Assembly (NCBI GenBank): GCA_965240325.2
Contig: OZ251230.1
Span: 1,674,001-1,738,000, forward strand
Length of the DNA stretch: 64,000 nt
From: Rebecca billardiae RCC1528
Taxonomy: Eukaryota; Protista; Haptophyta
Direction: 5' to 3'
Shown: one piece after another, positions 57,607 through 64,000 of the stretch
How the letters are laid out: each line of letters opens with the position of its first letter
How positions within the stretch are numbered: position 1 is the stretch's first letter
Notes under the pieces: generated by a model
The model's database searches: none
Told to the model about the DNA's origin: nothing
What the model saw: only the letters and a program-made list of their open reading frames with translations
Program-made: the position numbers and the translations under genes

Positions 57607-58947
57607 ATGGCGCCAGCCAAGCGCGGCGTTGAGCGCACGGCCAAGCTCGTGGGCGTGAGCGCATTCCTCACGTGCTATCTCGTCGTCATCGCGCGGAGCG
57701 AGACGCCGGCTCGCGAGGCGAGCATCTACATCTTCGCGCAAGCGCTCGCGGCGGCAGCTGCGTGCTCGTGCGCGCTCACTCGCCCGCGCGCAAGCATCGC
57801 TCTGCAGGCGCTCGTCGGGCTGGGCAGCTACATCGTCTCAGGTGCCGCTGGGCTTCCCATGTGGAACCACCCCTTCCCGCAAGACCCCCATGCGGCGCAG
57901 CTCCTCGCCAAGTACCTCCTCGTCTTTGCGAGCGCCACGGTCGCACTCGCCCTCTTCAAGAATCTCGCGTCCGAGCGCGTGCGCACGGCGCGTGCGCGCA
58001 CCTTCGGCGTGTTCACCGCGCTCGTGCTCGGCACGAACGTACTCTGGACCACCACCTACGCCTGCGACGGCTCGGACCCGCACTGCGTCCTCGTCGCCAT
58101 CGAGGCCGTCGTGCTCGTGCTCTGGCTGGGCGCAAACGTCGTCCACGCGCTCGCGGCTGAGCGCGAGCCGCTCGTCGAGTGGTCCCGGCCGCAGAGCGTG
58201 GTCGAGATGGGCGCCTCCGCGCCGGCGTTCGTGTACGTGCACGCCGCGCTCTCGCTCGAGTGGGTCGTCGCGTACACCGCGTGGAACGTCGGCTTCGTCA
58301 TCCAGCACCTCTCGGACGCGGCGCTCCTGCAGGATGCGTCGTTCTGGCTGGCCATGCTCTACCTGCGCAGCCGGGACGCGGCGCCGCGCGAGCTGCACGC
58401 GTACTTTTACGAGGCGCGCGCCGTCACGCTCGGCGCGTACATGTCCATGTCGGCGCTGTGCGGCGTCGCTCTGCCGTACGTCGCCGTGAGCCACGACGGG
58501 CAGCCGTGGAGCGCCGCAGACGGCTCCGCGGAGTCCTACGCCGGCTGGGGCACACAGCCGGCACTCCGCTTCGCGGCGGCGCTCAACCTCGGCATCTCCA
58601 TCGCGTACACGCTCAGCGCCCTCGCCGGCGCGCTGCGCGCCGTGCAGCTCGCCCGAGACACGTACAGCGCGCCCGCGCTGCACCAGATCGCGCCGCCCAT
58701 GTCGCCGCCCATCACGCCGAACATCCCGGCGCGGCACCCGGCCGCCGGCCGCGCCACGCTTCCCGTCAAGCCCGTCAAGCCATCGGAGCGCACCCCGCAG
58801 ATGCGAGCGGCCTCGTCGCAGAGCCTGGAGGACGGCCTCGGGGAGCCGCGTGCGACAGACGACACCATCTCTTCACGCACGGGTGACGACAGTGACTCGA
58901 ATGGAACCGCTGCCTCGCCAAGTCTGCATGCGCAGGATGACGCGTAG
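57607..58947 (+). CDS. Multi-pass membrane protein (possibly DUF5692-like)
   Basis: About 9 hydrophobic segments from MAPAKRG; WVVAYTAWN and EARAVTL motifs. The upstream part of ORF 55462..58947 is antisense shadow of the CEP83-like gene. Confidence 0.7.
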   Translation: MAPAKRGVERTAKLVGVSAFLTCYLVVIARSETPAREASIYIFAQALAAAAACSCALTRPRASIALQALVGLGSYIVSGAAGLPMWNHPFPQDPHAAQLLAKYLLVFASATVALALFKNLASERVRTARARTFGVFTALVLGTNVLWTTTYACDGSDPHCVLVAIEAVVLVLWLGANVVHALAAEREPLVEWSRPQSVVEMGASAPAFVYVHAALSLEWVVAYTAWNVGFVIQHLSDAALLQDASFWLAMLYLRSRDAAPRELHAYFYEARAVTLGAYMSMSALCGVALPYVAVSHDGQPWSAADGSAESYAGWGTQPALRFAAALNLGISIAYTLSALAGALRAVQLARDTYSAPALHQIAPPMSPPITPNIPARHPAAGRATLPVKPVKPSERTPQMRAASSQSLEDGLGEPRATDDTISSRTGDDSDSNGTAASPSLHAQDDA

Positions 58948-59429
58948 TCGACTGCAGCCCTGCTGCCGAGTGGTACCGTCGCCCGTCGGATGATGACTAC
59001 GTCTACAGGCGTCGAAGCCGCCGGAGGCGTGCCCAGGCAGTGATCGGTCCCGAGGACATGATGTATCACTGCTGACCGATCACTCATGTCGTCGTCGGCA
59101 GCAGGGCCTGATGGCTGGCGCCGTGCGCGCTCGTCAGTCAGACATCAGTGAGCTATGCCTATAGCACGGTCTATCGTCAGCAGTCAGTGACAGTGTCGTG
59201 CTGCGGCGCGCGCGCCGCGTCGACGCCAGAGCCGCGCCCATATCATCAGACGCGGTGCGTCGAGCTTCCTCCGTCGGCGATGATCCGCGACACTGACGGA
59301 GAGTCGCCGGAGTGATGACTGATGAGTGATGCCTGATGGGCGACTACGAGGATCCATCCCGCCTATATAAATCTGCGCTAGCTAGATGACTGACGCGTCG
59401 TGATTAACGGCGCCCCTCAACGGCCCAGG

Positions 59430-60964
59430 CTACGAGCGCCAGTACTGCGCCCAGCGGTGGATCGTCTCGGTGACCTGCGGGAAGAGCGCCGAGACCGAGT
59501 CGTTGATCACGTGCTGGAAGTAGGCGATCGCCTCCTCGTCCGAGAGGTCGAGGCGGAAGCGCTCCTGCAGCTTGAGGATGTCGTGCTCCGAGCCGATGTC
59601 GTGGATGTTCGCGTCGAGCATGAGGATGAACAGGTTGATGATGAGCGCGGACGACTTGCGCAGCAGGTTGAACGACTACGCCCCGGCGGCGGTTCGGGCG
59701 CGCGCGCGCGCGGGCTCGCGCTCTTGGCATCGGCAGGGCGGCGCAGCGGGCCGCGCGGCGCGCGCCGCCGCGCGCACCTCGCAGCAGATGGCCTTGAAGT
59801 CGCGGTAGTGCGCCGACTCGGCGCCGCCCATCGCCTCGACCATCTCCTTGCACAGCTTCATCGGCGGCGGGAGCGGCTTCGGGTCGCGCCCGAGGATGTA
59901 CCCAAAGTCGATGTGGAACAGCTCGCCCATGCCGGTCAGCATCAGATTGTCGAGGTGGCGGTCGCCGACGGAGAGGAGGTAGGTGATGACGCAGTAGCCG
60001 GCGCACGACTTGACGAACGCGTCGAGCACGTCGGCGCGGATGCCGTACGGCCCGCCCTCGCTCGGGTGCGCCGAGCGCAGGAAGCGCTGCAGGTCGCCGC
60101 GGTGCTCGGCGAGCACCTCGGCAAGCGGTTTGGATCCGTCAACAAACTCGACGAGGCCGTCGTGTGGGCTGGTGGCGAGCACAGTGTACGGCGTGAGGCG
60201 GAGGTCGAAGCCCTCGCGCTTGAGCAGGCCGTCCATCAGCGAGACCATCTGCAGCACGAGCTGGTCCTGCCGCAGGTCGTCGCCCGACTTGAAGATGAGC
60301 CGATAGAGGGAGGGCTCGGCGCGCGCGAGCCTGCGGCGTGTGCTCGTGCCCGCGCCGCCCGCGCCGCCCGCGCCGCCCGCGCCGCCCGCGCCGCCCGCGC
60401 CGCCCGCGCCGCCCGCGCCGCCCGCGCCGCCCGCGCCGCCCGCGCCGCCCGCGCGCTCCGCCGCGGCGCGCAGCGGGTCGGCGCCGGCGGCGGTGGGCGA
60501 GGATGGCTCGTGCGCGTGGGCGCCGCCGCCGTGCACCGCGTGCGGCGAGGTAACCACGAAGCACAGCCCGAGCGGCAGCAGGTTGGACTTGTAGATGGTC
60601 GAGTGCCCTGCAACCAGGCCGAGGGCGCAGAGCCTCGGGTCCACCGGGAGGGGCAGTGGCGGCTGGTCGGCGGTGAGCACCGTGGCGAGGGCGGCGTCGT
60701 GCTCGAGCTGCGCGCGGAGCCTCTCGATCTTGCGCGGCCGCGAGTCTGCCGAGCCGCGCACCCCGCGCGCCACCGCGCGCAGCGCCTCGACCAGCGCCTC
60801 CTGCCGAAGCAGCAGCCGACGCGTGCGCGCGCCTTCCGGGGTGCACTCGAGCGCCCTCGCAAACGCCGCGCAGAGGCGTGTGTAACGGCCGGCGGCAGCG
60901 GCGTCGGCGCCGAGCACGCCCGCCTCGGCGCGCGGCAGCCCGTCGGGCGCGCCCGCCTGCGCAT

Positions 60965-61011
<47 letters not shown>

Positions 61012-63143
61012 GCGTGAGCCGCATCGTGCCGCGCGGCCGCGGCGGCCGCGGCGGCAGCGGCCGCGGCCGCGGCCCCGCCCGATGCGCCCGCGGCGGCTTG
61101 CTCGGACTTGGCCTCGACGGCGAGGAACCAGTGCAAGCTGACCGCGAGCTCGAGGTTCGCGCACGCGCGCGAGATGAGGAGCGCGCCCAGAGACCACGGC
61201 GCGGCGGCCGAGGCCGCGCCGCCGCCGCCGCCGCCGCCGCAGCCGCCGCCGCAGCCGCCGCCGCCGCCGCCGCAGCCGCCGCCGCCGCCGCCGCCGCCGC
61301 CACTCATGCTGGCCAGGACAGACCCGCCTGCGCTCGCGCCGCCGTCGAGCGGTGCGGGCGCGGCGGCCGCGCCGAGCGCATCGGCCGCCGACGCCGCCAG
61401 CGCGCCGACGCCGTGCGCGTGCCCGCCCTCCGCCGTCTCGTACCGCAGCGCCTGCACAAGCGGCAGCAAGAATGCCAGCAGCTCGTCGTCGCGCGCGCGC
61501 GCGAGCCGGCTGACTGCAAACCGTCTGACCGACGGGTCGGCCGCGGCGAAGGAGCGGCCGAGGAGCTCGAGCGCGACCTCCGTCGAGGGCGGCGCCCAGC
61601 GCGGCAGCAGCGTGCGCGCGTGCGCCACCTCGCGCGCGTCGTTCCAGTCCACCGCGCGCAGGAAGCGCGGCAGCGCGCGCGCGTCGCTCAGCATCGCGTG
61701 GCGATGGCGCCACAGCAGTTGCTTCTCGTGCGCGGACAGGTGGTGAGTCGGCGGGGACGAGACGATGCGCTCGATCGCGGCGCGGTCGGCGGCGTCGGGG
61801 GGCACGCGCGCGTCCGCCTCGTCGTCGGCCGGCACCGCGCGCACGAGCTTGTGGCACTTCACCTGCGCCGGGTCGTCGCCGTCCGCGCCGCTGTCGCGCA
61901 CGCGACCCCACCACTGGCCGAGCTCGGCGCCGCCCTCTGCGTCGGCGGCCCCGCCCGCCGTGCCGCCCGCGGGCGCGCGGTCGTCGGCGAGGGCGGCGGC
62001 CGTCGCGACGATCGCCGCGGCGGCCGCGGCGCGAGCCTCGGCCGCGAGCAGCCCGCTCTCGCCCAACGGCGCGTCGGCGTACGCCAGCGTGTGCTCCAGC
62101 CTCGGCAGCTCGACGCTCAGATTCAATCTCGCGCGGCGTGTCGCGATCCGGGCGGCTGTCTGCTCGAGCTGCCTGTAGACCAGCCGGTCCAGCCAGGGCA
62201 GCGGCGTGCCGAGGCCGGCGTGCGAGAGCGCGCCGGCGTCGAGGCCGTCGGCCGTGCCCGCGCCGTCGCCGATCAGGGCGGAGGCAGTGGCGAGGCTGGC
62301 GTTCGTGTCGGCACCACTCACACCGCCTGCGGCCGCAGTCGCGGCCGCGCCGCCGCCACCGCCGCCGCCGCCGCCGCCGCCAGGCGTCATGAGCGGCGCG
62401 CCCCCGCACGACGCGCACGAGGAGACGATCGACGCACAGCGTGCGGCCGCCAGCTCGCGGTGTCGAAGGGCGCGCTCCACGCGCGCTGCCTCGACCTCGA
62501 GCTGATCAATCTCGTCGAGCTCGGCCTGGTCGAGACGGTCGGCAGCCGCGCCGCCGCTGCCGGCGCCGCCGCTGCCGACGTTTGCGTCGTCTCGCCGCCC
62601 GGCGTGGAACCTCCCGTCGAGCTCGTCGTTGGGGAGCAGGAGGTCCTTCTGCCCGACGCGCAGGTGGCCTGCGTCGTTGAAGAGGCGCAGGACGGCCTCG
62701 CCCGCGCGCACCGCGACGCCCGGCCCGTGCGCGCCGTACAGCGTCAGCCGTACCTCCGCATCTGCGCCCAGATCGCGGTAGCTCGCCGGAAACGTGATCC
62801 ACTCGTTCCAGCGGAGCGTGTCGCCGGTCGTCGAGGCGGTGCGCTGTACAGCGCAGAGCGCACGCCCGCGCGAGAAGAGCTGGCAGCACACGTGCATGTC
62901 GGCGCTCGCCGCGCCCACGCGCCGAGCGAATCGCTCGGCAAACGGCGCGCTGTCGACCTGGCTGTCGCCGGTCGGCGGGAACGTGCCGTGCAGGTCGAGG
63001 ATGCGCAGCTTGACGGGGAGCGAGACATCGCACGAGAGGAAGCAGAGCGGCGCGTGCGGGAAGAACGGCTGGGGCAGGTCGTGCCCCAGGCTCTCCACCA
63101 CTCGCCGCGCGCTCTCTGGCGGCAGCACAGTGGGCGCCGCCAT
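59430..63143 (-). CDS. VPS34: Class III phosphatidylinositol 3-kinase VPS34 (intron 59777..59676)
   Basis: N-terminal C2 ([21 protein letters not shown]), WLDRL, helical domain, [40 protein letters not shown], and C-terminal HRWAQYWRS. Confidence 0.95.
60348..60452 (-). repeat. 9-nt coding tandem repeat (GGCGGCGCG)n encoding (GGA)n in VPS34
   Basis: About 11 perfect copies of CCCGCGCCG on the + strand. Confidence 0.95.
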
Positions 63144-63258
63144 CGTCGACCGGCGCCTTCCGCCCCCTGCAGCGACCTTGCAGGGCGGTCAAGACGACTC
63201 ACACATCACGAACCGCCACGGCGCCACCCGCCATCGTTCGTCGCGATCACGATTCACA

Positions 63259-64000
63259 ATGCCGCCACGCGCCTTGCGCTGGCGAGCGCTATTCCTGATC
63301 ACGGCGGTCACTGGCGCTCCGCACGACCTGCCATTCACGCGCACCCAGGGCGGGAGCTTCCCCGTCCCGCGCACTCTCGACGCCAGGCTCTCGCCGCGGG
63401 TGTTCACGAAGTGGCGTTTTGCGCACGCCGTGCTCGTCCGCGACGCAAAGCGCGCGCACAACGCGTCGCTCATCCTCCTGGGCGACTCTATCACGGAGGC
63501 GCTGCGTGGCACACTCCTCGGCGTCCCGAGCAGCTTTCGCGCCCTTGCCGCCAGCGCGCTCCGCTCCGAGCTTGGTGACGAGTGGCCGCGCCCGCTCGTG
63601 CTCGCGATCGCCGGCGACGAGACGCAGCACCTGCTCTGGAGAATACAGAACGGCGAGCTGCCGCCGCACCTGCGCACGTCGGGGGCGCCCATCTCCGTGC
63701 TGATTGGCACGAACAACCTCCTCCGTGGCCGTGGGGCGGCGCACGCCGTCGGCGGCATCCTCACCGTCGTCAACTGGCTGCTGGCCAACACGCGCTCGCC
63801 TGTGCTCGTGAGCGAGATCCTCCCCTTCGGCGACACGGAGCGCGCGAGAGCGGCGTGCCCGCCCATCTGCCTCCCCGGTGGGCAGGCGCACCCGTACGCG
63901 CCGAGCGTCAGCACGAGCAACGAGATGCTGCGGCGCGAGGTCGCGCAGTTGCAGCAGCGCTCGGCCACCCACCGTGCGCGCGTCACGCTCGTGTCGTGTG
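63259..64000 (+). CDS. SGNH/GDSL hydrolase (PAF-acetylhydrolase Ib-like), 3'-truncated by the window edge
   Basis: Manual translation: MPPRALRWRALFLITAVTG...LILLGDSITE...LAIAGDETQHLLWRIQNGEL...VLIGTNNL. Absent from the ORF track because it has no stop in the window. Confidence 0.9.
   Translation, partial: MPPRALRWRALFLITAVTGAPHDLPFTRTQGGSFPVPRTLDARLSPRVFTKWRFAHAVLVRDAKRAHNASLILLGDSITEALRGTLLGVPSSFRALAASALRSELGDEWPRPLVLAIAGDETQHLLWRIQNGELPPHLRTSGAPISVLIGTNNLLRGRGAAHAVGGILTVVNWLLANTRSPVLVSEILPFGDTERARAACPPICLPGGQAHPYAPSVSTSNEMLRREVAQLQQRSATHRARVTLVSC

Noticed and set aside
59400-63578. 1392-aa plus-strand ORF
   Set aside because: Antisense shadow of VPS34; the real plus-strand gene (SGNH) starts at 63259 in another frame.

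Overview
Very GC-rich eukaryotic nuclear DNA with short GC-rich GT-AG introns. Composition and gene content suggest an alga, plausibly a haptophyte (inference only). Host genes, in order: 5' end of gamma-tubulin (not in the ORF track), a small single-pass membrane protein, a polyQ/QA protein, a membrane hybrid histidine kinase, two near-identical FkbM-type methyltransferases, a ~4,000-aa KRE6/SKN1-type GH16 + GT48 1,3-beta-glucan synthase fusion, an atypical PP2C, a secreted hypothetical protein, a soluble cytochrome b5, a CEP83-like coiled-coil protein, a multipass membrane protein, VPS34 and an SGNH hydrolase that runs off the window. The interval ~17.7-32.7 kb is a transposon nest. It holds four non-autonomous elements with Helitron2/Helentron-type ends (5' hairpin, asymmetric inverted repeat, 3' hairpin, no TSD), two of them a near-identical 2-kb inverted pair. 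A Ty1/copia element with an intact ORF (TSD AAGAG) sits inside one of them; it has a duplicated U5-PBS and a transmembrane-like segment in Gag-Pol. Elsewhere there are a deleted pogo-like element, a TA-flanked MITE, a ~48-nt dispersed repeat (5 copies) and pervasive micro-insertion scars in non-coding DNA. All coordinates and splice models were read by eye and need computational confirmation.
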